From: an uncultured Acidobacteriaceae bacterium | GTDB lineage: Bacteria; Acidobacteriota; Terriglobia; Terriglobales; Acidobacteriaceae | DNA length: 37,750 nt | Direction of reading: 5' to 3' | Assembly: GCA_963820195.1 (NCBI GenBank) | Contig: CAWFZU010000248.1 | Coordinates: 1 to 37,750 of the forward strand | Shown here: piece after piece, positions 10,429-20,025 of the stretch | How positions within the stretch are numbered: position 1 is the stretch's first letter | How the letters are laid out: each line of letters begins with the position of its first letter | Translations under genes and position numbers: made by a program | The notes under the pieces: model-generated | The model's input: the letters and a program-made list of their open reading frames with translations, nothing else | What the model was told of the DNA's origin: nothing | Database searches by the model: none

Positions 10429-11028
10429 TTAAAGCTCCCGCCGTCCCTCCATCGCCCGCGCCATCGTCACCTCGTCGGCGTATTCGATGTCGCTGCCGGC
10501 CGGAACGCCCGTCGCGATGCGCGTGATGCGGACTTGAAATCCGCGCAATGCACCCGCCAGCCAGTGGGCCGTGGCCTCGCCTTCGAGCGTGGGACTCGTC
10601 GCCAGGATCACCTCATCCACCTCGCCCAGTTCAACGCGGGCCAGCAGCGTTCGGGTGCGCAACTGATCCGGCCCCACGCCGTGCAGCGGCGAGAGCGTGC
10701 CGTGCAGCACATGATAGACGCCCTGGTAGCCGCGCGTCCGCTCGACAGCGCCGATATTCGTCGGCTCCTCGACCACGCAGATCAGCCGGTGATTGCGCGT
10801 CGGGCTGGCGCAGTAGGCGCAGGGATCGACATCGGTGACGTTGTTGCAGACCGAGCACAGGCGCAGATTGGCCTTGAGTCCGCGCACCGCTTCGGCCAGC
10901 GCCGCCGCATCCTCGTCGCTGGAGCGCAGGATGTGGAAGGCAAAGCGCTGGGCGCTCTTCGTGCCCACGCCGGGCAGCTTCTTCAACTCTTCAATCAGCC
11001 GCGCCATCGGCTCGGCATAGCGGGTCAC
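10429..11028 (-). CDS. recR: Recombination mediator RecR
   Basis: LPGVGTKSAQR, C4 zinc finger CSVC...CAYC, YHVLHG, EGEATA, GSDIEYAD; AGGAGG RBS before GTG at 11028. Confidence 0.95.
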   Translation of the reverse strand: MTRYAEPMARLIEELKKLPGVGTKSAQRFAFHILRSSDEDAAALAEAVRGLKANLRLCSVCNNVTDVDPCAYCASPTRNHRLICVVEEPTNIGAVERTRGYQGVYHVLHGTLSPLHGVGPDQLRTRTLLARVELGEVDEVILATSPTLEGEATAHWLAGALRGFQVRITRIATGVPAGSDIEYADEVTMARAMEGRREL

Positions 11029-11044
11029 GAATGCGCCTCCTGGA

Positions 11045-11065
11045 GACAGTGAACAGTGGACAGTG
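11045..11065. repeat. Heptamer tandem repeat (RACAGTG x3)
   Basis: GACAGTG AACAGTG GACAGTG, just upstream of the recR RBS. Confidence 0.7.
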
Positions 11066-11092
11066 AAAAAACTCAATCGTCAAACATGATCT

Positions 11093-11212
11093 GGGTGCCG
11101 CAGATCCCGCGTTTGGGACCTGGGAATCCACAAACTTTGGGCGCCCCACCCTCGCCGCATTCTTGTTTTTACAGTTAGGGTGAGATACCTCGAACCCCAG
11201 CCGGCTCTGTTC
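11093..11212 (+). repeat. Two adjacent REP-like hairpin elements plus conserved tail
   Basis: GGGTGCCG-CAGATCCC-gcgttt-GGGACCTG-GGA (11093-11125); GGGCGCCCCACCCT...AGGGTG (11139-11182); tail GATACCTCGAACCCCAGCCGGCTCTGTTC (11184-11212). Confidence 0.7.
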
Positions 11213-11220
11213 ACGAGATC

Positions 11221-11547
11221 TCATCCCAGCCCCGGCAGATTGAGACCGCCGAGCATGCCCTTGACGCTCGATTGAATTGCTTCATCGGCCTTGCGTCCGG
11301 CGTCGTTAACCGCGGCCACCACCAGGTCTTCCAGCATCTCCACATCCGGCTTGTCGCCGCTGAGACCAATCACCGCCGCCGGTTCAATGCGAATCTTGAG
11401 TAACTGCTTCTTGCCGTTCATGGTCGCGGTCACGGCTCCGCCGCCGCTGGTTCCCTCGACCACCGTTTGGGTGAGCTTGCGCTGGACCTCCTCCTGCATC
11501 TGGTTCGCCTGCGAAAGCATCTCGGCCATTTTGAGCGGGTTGATCAT
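11221..11547 (-). CDS. ybaB: YbaB/EbfC nucleoid-associated protein
   Basis: EGTSGGGAV...DVEMLEDLVVAAVNDA; conserved dnaX-ybaB-recR order. Confidence 0.93.
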   Translation of the reverse strand: MINPLKMAEMLSQANQMQEEVQRKLTQTVVEGTSGGGAVTATMNGKKQLLKIRIEPAAVIGLSGDKPDVEMLEDLVVAAVNDAGRKADEAIQSSVKGMLGGLNLPGLG

Positions 11548-11576
11548 GGTTCTTATACCTCATTTGCCGTGTACGT

Positions 11577-13489
11577 TTACTTCTGCCGCAGATCGACGAC
11601 GCTGCGCACCTCAGCCTTGAAGATCTCCTGGGCCCGCTGCACCAAAGGATTCGCCAGCGCGGCCTCCTGAATGCTGCCGGCCAGCAGGCGCGGCCATCGG
11701 CGCGGCGGCCTGCGCTGCTCCTTCGCCGGGAACCACCAGAAAGCGGCTCGGCGCGCCCAGCCGTTGCAGCTCCTGGCGAATGATCTTCTCCGCCGCGGCA
11801 TTGATCGTCAAGGCGAGCATCTTCTTGCCCATGCCGCAGACCTCGATGCGCAGGCTGGCGCCGTCCAGCGTCCACGTGCCCGCGCCCAGCAACTGCGCCG
11901 CCGAAACGTGGCCGCCATCGACCAGCGCACAGCCAACGGCGTGGCGGATCGTCTCGATGCTGGGCGGGCTTGTCGCTGCGACGACAGCTTGAGGAGCCAC
12001 GGCCAGCGCGCCTTCGGTCAGTGTATCTCCTGAAGCGAAGCCGGTGGCCTGAGCCGTCGCGGCAGGGAAGGGCGTGGCGCCTTGAAACGCGCTGACCGTA
12101 GCCGGCGCGAGTTCCATCGTAGCCACAGGCGAAGCGGACGAGCCCGGCTGCGCGCCGGACTCCATCTTCGCTCCCGATCCCCAGCCTCCGCCCGATGGCC
12201 CAAAGGGCGAAAGCGCAGGCGCGGCAGGCCGAAGCAGACTGGTGCGCAGCCGGACGCGCCGGTGTTGCACTTGGCCGCGAAGCCGGAGCCGAAGCTGCCG
12301 AAGAGACCGGCGTAATGCCGCCGCCGTGCGCGCAGCGCCGCTCAGCAGCTCCTCAATCGGCAGCAGCCGCTGCGCATGAATCAGCTTGAGCAGGCCCAAC
12401 TCCAAATGAAAGCGCTGCTCCTGGCGGTAATTCAGATCGTCGAAGGTGCGCAGCACAATCTGCAGGTTGCGCGTCATCTCTTCTTCAGTAAACAGCAGCG
12501 CCGTGCGCGCGGCTCGGGCTCGCTCGTCGCCGCTGATCTGCAGCAGCTCGGTCTGCTCGCCGCCCAGCTTGGCCATCAGCGTGTTGCGCAGGTAGCGCAC
12601 CATCTGCCGCGCCAGCGACGACGGGCTGTGCCCGGCATTCACCAGCAGATTCAACTGCTCCATCAGCTCCGCGCTCTGCCCGGCGGCCACCGCCTCCAGC
12701 AGGCGCTCGAAGACCGCATTGGGCACCGCGCCCATCAGCTCGCGAATCTGCGCGGCCGAGAGCACTGCCCGGCCGTTCTCAACCGGCGCCGAGGCAATCG
12801 CCTGGTCCATGATGGAGAGCGCATCGCGCATAGATCCGTCGCCGGCCTCGGCCAAGCAGAGCCAGCGCGGCCTCTTCGGCAACCACCTCTTCGTGCGCGG
12901 CGATCATCTTCAACTGCGCCAGAATGTCGTCGAACTTGACGGCGTGAAAGCTGAAGTGCTGGCAGCGCGAGCGGATGGTCTGCGGAATGTCCTCGGGCTG
13001 CGTCGTCGCCATCATGAAGATCACGTGCGCAGGCGGCTCTTCCAGCGTCTTGAGCAGCGCGTTGAAGGCCGCGTCGGTGATCTGGTGAGCCTCGTCGAGG
13101 ATGTAAATCTTGTAGCGGTCGCGCGACGGCGCGTAGCGGGCGGCGTCCCGCAGCTCGCGAATCTCGTCGATGCCGCGATTGGTGGCCGCATCAATCTCGA
13201 TCACGTCCACCGCGTTGCCCTGGCGAATCTCGATGCACGAGACGCACGCGCCGCAGGGCTCCGGCGTGGGGCGCTCTATCGTTCCAATTTCCGTCCGGCA
13301 ATTCAGCGCCATGGCCACAATGCGCGCGATGGTGGTTTTGCCAATGCCGCGATGCCCCGAGAAGATGTATCCATGGGCGATGCGGTTCTGCGAGAGCGCG
13401 TTCATCAGCGTCCGCGTCACGTGATCCTGCCCGGCCACGTCGGCAAAGCGCTGCGGACGGTATTTCCTGGCTAGAACCTGGTAACCCAT
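11577..13489 (-). CDS. dnaX: DNA polymerase III subunit gamma/tau (several probable read indels)
   Basis: [62 protein letters not shown]; C-terminal [15 protein letters not shown]. Confidence 0.95.
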
Positions 13490-13692
13490 GCGAACCCGCT
13501 CCTCAGGGCCGCCCGGCTTCTGGACGGCCTATGGTAGATTCTAACGTTCCGGACTGGGAGCGTGGCGGGTGGAAAAATCCGGTTGGAGCCTTCCTCGCCG
13601 TGCCGAAACAAGCCAAGAAAAAAGATATCGTTTCAGCGACCTGAGACCGTATACTAACTGCAATTCAAAATTGATCCCCAAGGAACAAAAAT

Positions 13693-14202
13693 ATGCGTGT
13701 CAAATTTCCCCTGGCAATTGCGTTGCTTGCCGCTGGTTTGCTTCCGCCCAGCCTTACGATGGCGCAGGATGCGGCCTCGGCCAATTCATTTCTCACATCG
13801 ATCTTCCGGCTCTATGACAAGGGCGGAAAAGGCGTCGGCAATTCCAGCAGTTATCTTCATTCTTCTTTGACTGCGCTGATCGACGCGGACATCAAAGCCA
13901 CCGGCTCGAGGTTGTCTGGCGCATTCGGCAGCGATCTCTTCTGCGCCTGTCAAGAGTGGGACGGACTCTGGATTCTCAAGAAGGATCTGAAAATGGAGAG
14001 CTCGAAACAGGCGCAAGCCACGGTTTCTTTCGCCATTCACGCACCCCAAGGCCGGCCGTCTGACGATCTGCGCACTATCCAAATCAAGTTCGTTTCCGAA
14101 GACGGTCAATGGCGCATCTACGATATTCGGTATCTATCCGCGCCGGGCAGCGCACAGGCAGAGCCCATGACTCTGCGCGAGCAAGCTCCAGGCGGAGATT
14201 GA
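13693..14202 (+). CDS. Secreted hypothetical protein, DUF3828/YbjP-like
   Basis: AAGGA RBS, signal peptide, DLFCACQEW and EDGQWRIYDI motifs. Confidence 0.6.
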   Translation: MRVKFPLAIALLAAGLLPPSLTMAQDAASANSFLTSIFRLYDKGGKGVGNSSSYLHSSLTALIDADIKATGSRLSGAFGSDLFCACQEWDGLWILKKDLKMESSKQAQATVSFAIHAPQGRPSDDLRTIQIKFVSEDGQWRIYDIRYLSAPGSAQAEPMTLREQAPGGD

Positions 14203-14231
14203 TTTTTTCACTCATCCGCCCGTGCTTGAAG

Positions 14232-15160
14232 CTAAGTCGTAGGTCTTCCGCCCAGCTTCCGTTTCGCCGCCGCCCACAACTCTTCCAGCTCGGCGGGGGC
14301 AAGCTCTTCAAGCGGCCGCTCACTGGCCAGCTCCATCGCGCGAAAGCGCTGCGCGGAAGCGCCGGTTGCAGCCGCGCAGCGCCATCTCCGCATCCACGCC
14401 CAGATGACGGCCCAGGTTGACGACGGTAAAGAGCAGGTCGCCCAGCTCGGCCTCGACCGCGGGCTTGCGCGCGGGATCGTCCGAGGCGGCCTCGGCCTCC
14501 AACTCCGCCGTCTCCTCGACCAGCTTGGGCAGCAGATCGCGCCACTCCGGCCAGTCGAAGCCGGCCTTGCGCGCCTTGGCGCCCAGCTTGGCGGCCTCGG
14601 CCAGAGCCGGCATCGCCCGCTGCACGGAATCCAACCTCGACAGCTGGAGGTATTCTGCGCGCGAAGGCGCGTCCGCTGCATGCAATGCCTTCTCGGCGGC
14701 CTTGATCTCGTCCCAGTTGCGCAGCACCGCTGCCGAAGAGCCTTCCACAGCGGCATCGACATCGGCGCGGTTGCCCGCCGCCCGCGAAGCCTCCTCGCCA
14801 AAGACGTGCGGATGGCGGCGAATCAGTTTGCTGTTCAGGTGGTCGAGCACATCGGCAATGGTGAAGTGGCCGTCGTTGGCCGCCATCTCGGCATAAAACA
14901 GGACTTGCAGCAGCAGGTCGCCCAGCTCCTCGGCCAGGTGCGGCCAGTCGCGCCGCTCAATGGCGTCGAAGACCTCGTAGGTCTCCTCCAGCGTGTATTT
15001 GCGAATGGAGTCGAAGGATTGCTCGCGGTCCCACGGGCAGCCGCCGGGAGCGCGCAGCCGCGCCATGATCGCCACCGACTGCTCAAACAACGCCGCCGCC
15101 CGCGCCGGGTCGAGCGGTGGGTTGAGACTGCGGAGGAAGGTTTCGGGCTGTGTGGTCCAT
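14232..15160 (-). CDS. mazG: Nucleoside triphosphate pyrophosphohydrolase MazG (frameshifts near start and ~14350)
   Basis: GCPWDREQ, EELGDLLLQV, KLIRRHPHVF, GFDWP, ELGDLLF and C-terminal LEELWAAAK. ATG at 15160 becomes in frame if one G is removed. Confidence 0.9.
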
Positions 15161-15214
15161 GCAGTTTCAGTCTACTTTGCGCGAGGTGCACGGCCGATAT
15201 ACTCAACCTCGTCT

Positions 15215-16104
15215 ATGATTCGCATTCTGGGAACGATCTTTGCGGGACTGTTGGGGCTGGCCTTCGGCAGCTTTCTGAACGTCTGCCTGAGCCGCTGGCC
15301 CGCGGGCGAGAGCATCGTCCAGCCGCGCTCCCATTGCCGCCAGTGCGGCCGCACGCTGGCCTGGTGGGAGAATGTGCCGCTGCTCAGTTGGCTGGCGCTG
15401 CGCGGCCGCTGCCGCACCTGCCGCGCCTGGATCGGCTGGCGGTATCCGCTGGTGGAGCTGGCGATGGGGGCGCTGTGGGCGTTACCGCTTGGCAATCTCT
15501 GCTGGCGTATTGTTCCCATACATTTTCGATGCCTTACCCATACCGACAGACAGTCTCATACTGTTCTGGAATTGCTTCTTATCTGGCTATTGGTCGCTCT
15601 CGCGGCACTCGATGCCGAACACTATGGCTGCCGGATTGGCATCACTGTGCCAGGGATCGTACTGGGATTCTCTGTTTATCTGACGCCACTAGTTTTTTGG
15701 ACATTGTATTTAGGAGATGGACAAATTGCGGCCATTGCTGCTTGGGCCGCAGCTCAAGTTTGTAGCTGGGCATCCTCGCCGCCGCCGGCCTGATCCTGCT
15801 CATCCGCTGGGTTTACTGGCTCGTCCGCCGCCGCGAAGGCATCGGCCTGGGCGACGCCAAGCTGATGGCTCTGCTGGCCGCGTGGCTCGGCTTGCCGCAA
15901 GCGCTGCTGGCTTTTGGAATTGGGATTATGCTCGGTGCGCTGGCCGCCGCCGTTCTGCTGGTGATTCCGTCAGCGCGGCGGGAGTCGGAAACCTGGGTGA
16001 TGAGCAAGCTGCCGCTGGGTACATTTCTCTGCATCGGCGGCATCGTCAGCAGCCTGTGGGGCCAGCCCATCCTCGCCGCCTATCTGCGCTGGGCCGGGTT
16101 TTAA
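15215..16104 (+). CDS. pilD: Type IV prepilin peptidase (A24, PilD-like), frameshifted
   Basis: GSFLNV, PRSHCRQC...ENVPLLSW...GRCRTC, RYPLVEL, LDAEH-WLPD, EGIGLGDAKL, LPLGTFL. Confidence 0.85.
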
Positions 16105-16107
16105 TCC

Positions 16108-16881
16108 TTACTTCGCCATTTCCGCCGTGGGCTGAGCCGGCGCGGCGTTCTTTCCATGGGCAATCTCCGGATCCTTGAGCGCCTTGATTGCTTCCTTGCC
16201 GTGGCGGCTGTCGGGATCGTATTCGGCCACCTTCTGATAATTCGCGCGCGCGTCGGCTAAATTGCCCAGGTGGCGATCCGCCTCGGCCAGGCCCCAATAA
16301 ACATCTGGATTTTCCGGGTCCAGTACCAGCGCCGACTCGAAGCGCGATAAAGCCGCCCTCCAGTTCTTCTGATCCAAATAAAAGCCGCCCACCTCAATGT
16401 CCTTGGAGGCGGCCTCCTGGTGGGTTGGCTCCTTGACGGAGAGTTTTCTCTTCTTGCCGGACTCGTCGTCCTCCGGCTTGGGCAGCAGACTCTCCAGGCC
16501 GGTGAGGCTGGAACTCGAATCCTCCTGCGGAGTGTTTGCCGCCTCCGGCGCAACGTCGTCCGGCGATCGCACCGGGTCCATATCCACTCCGGGCAGCGGA
16601 AGCCCCGCGTTCTCCTCGCTATACGTTCCTTCCGGCAGCGCCGGCGCACTCTTTGAAGGCATCACCGGAACCGTGCTCGTATCCTCAGGAAAGGGATTAG
16701 CGCTGGATGTCTTGCCCGGCTGGGCCGCGCCCGCCGCCGGCTTCTGGCCCTCGTCCGCCGGCTTGCTCTGCCCCGTCGCCGGCGCATCGCCCCCAGCCGG
16801 CGCCTGCGCCAGCAGCCGCGGAGCCGCCGCGAGCCAGCCCGCCGACAGCAGAGCAACAATAACCATCCATCTCATCTTCAT
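16108..16881 (-). CDS. Secreted TPR-repeat protein
   Basis: Signal peptide MKMRWMVIVALLSAGWLAAAP, low-complexity linker, TPR-like GGFYLDQKNWRAALSRF...YWGLAEA...YQKV. Confidence 0.75.
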   Translation of the reverse strand: MKMRWMVIVALLSAGWLAAAPRLLAQAPAGGDAPATGQSKPADEGQKPAAGAAQPGKTSSANPFPEDTSTVPVMPSKSAPALPEGTYSEENAGLPLPGVDMDPVRSPDDVAPEAANTPQEDSSSSLTGLESLLPKPEDDESGKKRKLSVKEPTHQEAASKDIEVGGFYLDQKNWRAALSRFESALVLDPENPDVYWGLAEADRHLGNLADARANYQKVAEYDPDSRHGKEAIKALKDPEIAHGKNAAPAQPTAEMAK

Positions 16882-16884
16882 CCG

Positions 16885-16912
16885 CCTGATCTCTGAACCC
16901 TGATCTCTGTTA
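16885..16912. repeat. Heptamer tandem repeat (four degenerate units)
   Basis: CCTGATC TCTGAAC CCTGATC TCTGTTA, immediately upstream of the TPR gene start. Confidence 0.6.
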
Positions 16913-16955
16913 CGATGCGATTCATACCGCTCCAAGGAAAGCATCGCACACTCGC

Positions 16956-17423
16956 ATGGGACTGATCATCCGCTCCTCCGCCATCCACGCCGCCGGCTGC
17001 TACACCACTACGCCCATCCGCAAGGGCGCGCGCGTGGCCGAGTACACCGGCCACCTGCTGACCAAAGCCGAGGCCGACCGTGCCTATGAAGCCTCGCCCA
17101 TCACCTATCTCTTTGGACTCGGCGACGGCTCGGTAGTCATCGACGGCCACTGCGCCGCCATGTTCATCAACCATAGTTGCGACGCCAACTGCGAGACCAG
17201 CGAGGAGAAGGGCCGCGTCTGGATCAAGGCTATCCGGCCCATCGCAGCCGGCGAGGAGATCACCTACGATTATTGCCTTTACGACGGCGGCGAAGACGAA
17301 GCCCTGTGCAACTGCGGCGCAAAGAACTGCCGCGGCACCATGTACTCGGAGGAAGAGATCAAGCGCCGCAAGGCCGCCGCGAAGAAGGCTCTTAAGCAGT
17401 ATGCAAAAATGAAGCGCAGCTAA
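16956..17423 (+). CDS. SET-domain protein-lysine methyltransferase with post-SET Cys motif
   Basis: EYTG, FINHSCDAN, GEEITYDY, CNCGAKNCRG. Confidence 0.9.
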   Translation: MGLIIRSSAIHAAGCYTTTPIRKGARVAEYTGHLLTKAEADRAYEASPITYLFGLGDGSVVIDGHCAAMFINHSCDANCETSEEKGRVWIKAIRPIAAGEEITYDYCLYDGGEDEALCNCGAKNCRGTMYSEEEIKRRKAAAKKALKQYAKMKRS

Positions 17424-17469
17424 ATTGAAAGCCGCGCCCCTTCAAAACAATTGAATTCCGATGGCAGAC

Positions 17470-18456
17470 CTAACTTCCCAGCGGATGCTCGGCATAGTGC
17501 AGCAGCACGGCCACGGCGCAACTGGTCAGCCGCGTCTCCGCCGAATCCGCCCGGCTGGTGAGAATGGTGGGAACGCGCGCGCCGAGCACGATGCCGGCCA
17601 ACTGCGCTCCGCCCAGGTACTCCAGCTGCTTGGCCAGCATATTGCCGCTCTCCAGATCGGGAACCACCAGAATGTCGGCCTGCCCGGTCACCGGCGAAAC
17701 CAGCCCCTTGATCTTGGCGGCCTTCGCGCTGACCGCGGTATCAAAGGCCAGCGGACCGTCCAGGATGCCGCCGGTGATCTGGCCGCGGTCGGCCATCTTG
17801 CACAGCGCCGCCGCGTCCAGCGTGGACTTGATCTTGGTATTCACCGTCTCCACGGCGGAGAGCAGCGCCACCTTGGGCTCGGGAATCCCCAGTGCGTGCG
17901 CCAGGTCAATGGCGTTCTGCACAATGTGTATCTTGTCTTCCAGCTCCGGCTCAATGTTGATCGCCGCGTCGGTAATCAGCAGCGTCCGCGCATAGGCCGG
18001 CGTGTCCATCACAAAAACATGACTGATGCGGCGGCTGGTGCGCAATCCGGTGTCGCCCTTCAAGGCCACCTTCATGAGCACGTCGGTGTGCAGGCTGCCC
18101 TTCATCATCGCCTGCGCGCCGCCGCCGCTGCGGCACATGGCCACGCCCAGCTCGGCGGCCCTGCGCTCGGTGTCTGCTTGCAGGATCGGGTAGGGGCTGA
18201 TATCGACGCCGATCTTGGCGGCCAGCGCCTTCATTTCGTCTTCGTCGCCAATCAGCGTGGGCTTGATGAGTCCCTCCTGGGCGGCTTCGACAGCGCCCCG
18301 CAGGGCCACGCCGGAGAGCGGCCAGACTACGGCGGTGGTGATGGCCGGCAGTTCCTTGCAGCGCTCCAGAAACTGATGAAAGACGTGGTAGTCGGGGGGA
18401 TGGCTGACCAGCGGGTCGACGGCTACGGATTCTGCCAGTGGTGCAAGATCACTCAT
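17470..18456 (-). CDS. Phosphate butyryl/acetyltransferase (PTA_PTB family)
   Basis: MKGSLHT, ISHVF, TDAAINIEP, DGPLAFD, PDLESGNMLAK, LTSRADS; GGAGA RBS before ATG at 18456. Confidence 0.88.
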   Translation of the reverse strand: MSDLAPLAESVAVDPLVSHPPDYHVFHQFLERCKELPAITTAVVWPLSGVALRGAVEAAQEGLIKPTLIGDEDEMKALAAKIGVDISPYPILQADTERRAAELGVAMCRSGGGAQAMMKGSLHTDVLMKVALKGDTGLRTSRRISHVFVMDTPAYARTLLITDAAINIEPELEDKIHIVQNAIDLAHALGIPEPKVALLSAVETVNTKIKSTLDAAALCKMADRGQITGGILDGPLAFDTAVSAKAAKIKGLVSPVTGQADILVVPDLESGNMLAKQLEYLGGAQLAGIVLGARVPTILTSRADSAETRLTSCAVAVLLHYAEHPLGS

Positions 18457-18532
18457 ATTCACTCTCTCCAGGGGCAGTAGCAAGGACTGCGACCTCACGT
18501 AATCATTGTCGGCCAAACGGGGGAATATCGAC

Positions 18533-18548
18533 TGTGCCTAAGGTCACA
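18533..18548. promoter_or_regulatory. CRP-type box upstream of the phosphate butyryltransferase gene
   Basis: TGTGC-CTAAGG-TCACA (9/10 to TGTGA-N6-TCACA). A minus-strand GACAAT -10-like hexamer at 18510-18505 gives class II-like spacing. Confidence 0.6.
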
Positions 18549-18673
18549 AGCCGAGTCGGCGTACCGTATGGCGGGATTTACAGCACGGCGGCAGGGTAAT
18601 GGCTGTCACCGGGTGGTTGGCTGTTTCCAACGGCAGAAATGAGTATCGCTTCTTATTCTAAATATGTAAAGTT

Positions 18674-19900
18674 ATGGCGAGGCCCAAGAAAATGCGCCTG
18701 ATGAAGATTGCGTCGATGCTGGCGATGTTCATTGTCCTTGGACTTGGGATTGTTCTGAGTGCGCTATGGCTTGATCACCGCAGAGAAACAACACTGCCTC
18801 CACTCACCGGCCCGTTCGCTGTGGGGCGCACGGCCTGCGATTGGAGCGACACTGGAAACGTGGATACACTCGTGCCGCAACCCGGTGGCGGAAGGGAACT
18901 CCTCGCCTGGATTTGGTATCCCGCACAGCCGTCTGCGGCGCTCGGGGACTACTTGCCCGCGCCATGGCGAACAGCTGTTGAACGCCAGCGTGGTACATTC
19001 ATCACTCACTTCATGACGCGGGATTTGTCGCGAGTCCGCGCTCATAGCTTTCGAGATGCCAGTGTATCGCCTCAACAGTCTTCCTACCCGGTGATCCTGA
19101 TGAGAGCGGGGCTAGCGACTCTCACGACGGACTATACTGCGCTTGCTGAAGACCTGGCGAGTCACGGCTATGTAGTTGTTGGTTTCGACGAGCCGTATCG
19201 AAGTTCTGTAGTGGTTTTCCCGGATGGAAGAGTGATTGCGCGAGCCCCTGAGTATAACGCCGATTTGGTAAGCGGGCCGCAGCAGGAGCAACTGGCCGCC
19301 AAACTTGCTCAGAATTGGAGCGCTGACACAGCCTTCGCGCTCGATCAGCTTCAACGCCTGAACGCATCCGACCCTTCGGGCAGATTCCTCAATCGGCTCG
19401 ATATGCAGCGGGTCGGAGTATTCGGCCACTCGCTCGGCGGCGCCACAGCCTTGCTCTTCTGCCACGACGATGCGCGCTGCAAGGCAGGCATAGACATCGA
19501 TGGAGAGCCACTCGGCAGTGTTGTCGGCGCGGGTGTTACGCAACCCTTCCTGTTTCTCTTGAGCGATCATGGCGGCGAGTCCGATGTGGACAGCCTTCGC
19601 ATCGACGCCAACATCCGCTCCATTTACGATCGGCTCCCCAGCAATGGCAGGTTGCGAATCACCATCCGGGGCGCCAGCCACTTCAGGTTCAGCGATGACG
19701 GAGCGCTACTGAAGATTCCCCTTGTGCTCAGCACGATGCGCAAACTGAACATCGTACGCCTCGATGGCCGCCGTCAGCTGGAAGTGACAGCACATTGCGT
19801 CAGCACTTTCTTCGACGAATATCTGAAAGGCGCGCCCGCCGCAAATTTCAACAGCCAACCGGAATATCCTGAGATTGAATGTTATCAATGCAATCGGTAA
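18674..19900 (+). CDS. Alpha/beta hydrolase (PAF-acetylhydrolase-like), N-terminal membrane anchor
   Basis: PxxTGPFAVG, LASHGYVV, nucleophile elbow GHSLGG, AGIDIDG, HFRFSD. Confidence 0.8.
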   Translation: MARPKKMRLMKIASMLAMFIVLGLGIVLSALWLDHRRETTLPPLTGPFAVGRTACDWSDTGNVDTLVPQPGGGRELLAWIWYPAQPSAALGDYLPAPWRTAVERQRGTFITHFMTRDLSRVRAHSFRDASVSPQQSSYPVILMRAGLATLTTDYTALAEDLASHGYVVVGFDEPYRSSVVVFPDGRVIARAPEYNADLVSGPQQEQLAAKLAQNWSADTAFALDQLQRLNASDPSGRFLNRLDMQRVGVFGHSLGGATALLFCHDDARCKAGIDIDGEPLGSVVGAGVTQPFLFLLSDHGGESDVDSLRIDANIRSIYDRLPSNGRLRITIRGASHFRFSDDGALLKIPLVLSTMRKLNIVRLDGRRQLEVTAHCVSTFFDEYLKGAPAANFNSQPEYPEIECYQCNR

Positions 19901-20025
19901 ATTGGGGGGAGCTAAGGAGACTCTGCATAAGTCCCAGGTCTCTGAATCCCCTGTCCACGCAACGGTCCGGAATGGTATTCTGCCTTCGCTGGCATTAAGG
20001 ATTGTTGGCAAGGGAGAGAGCAATT

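Noticed and set aside
11577-13489. Programmed frameshift in dnaX producing gamma and tau
   Set aside because: The first shift (~12850) falls inside the conserved AAA+ region, no A AAA AAG or poly-A slippery site was seen, and similar indels occur throughout the window.
13490-13692. SRP RNA (ffs) or tRNA upstream of dnaX
   Set aside because: No SRP domain IV motif (CAGG...GGAA...AGCAGC) or cloverleaf on either strand; only a short GC hairpin.
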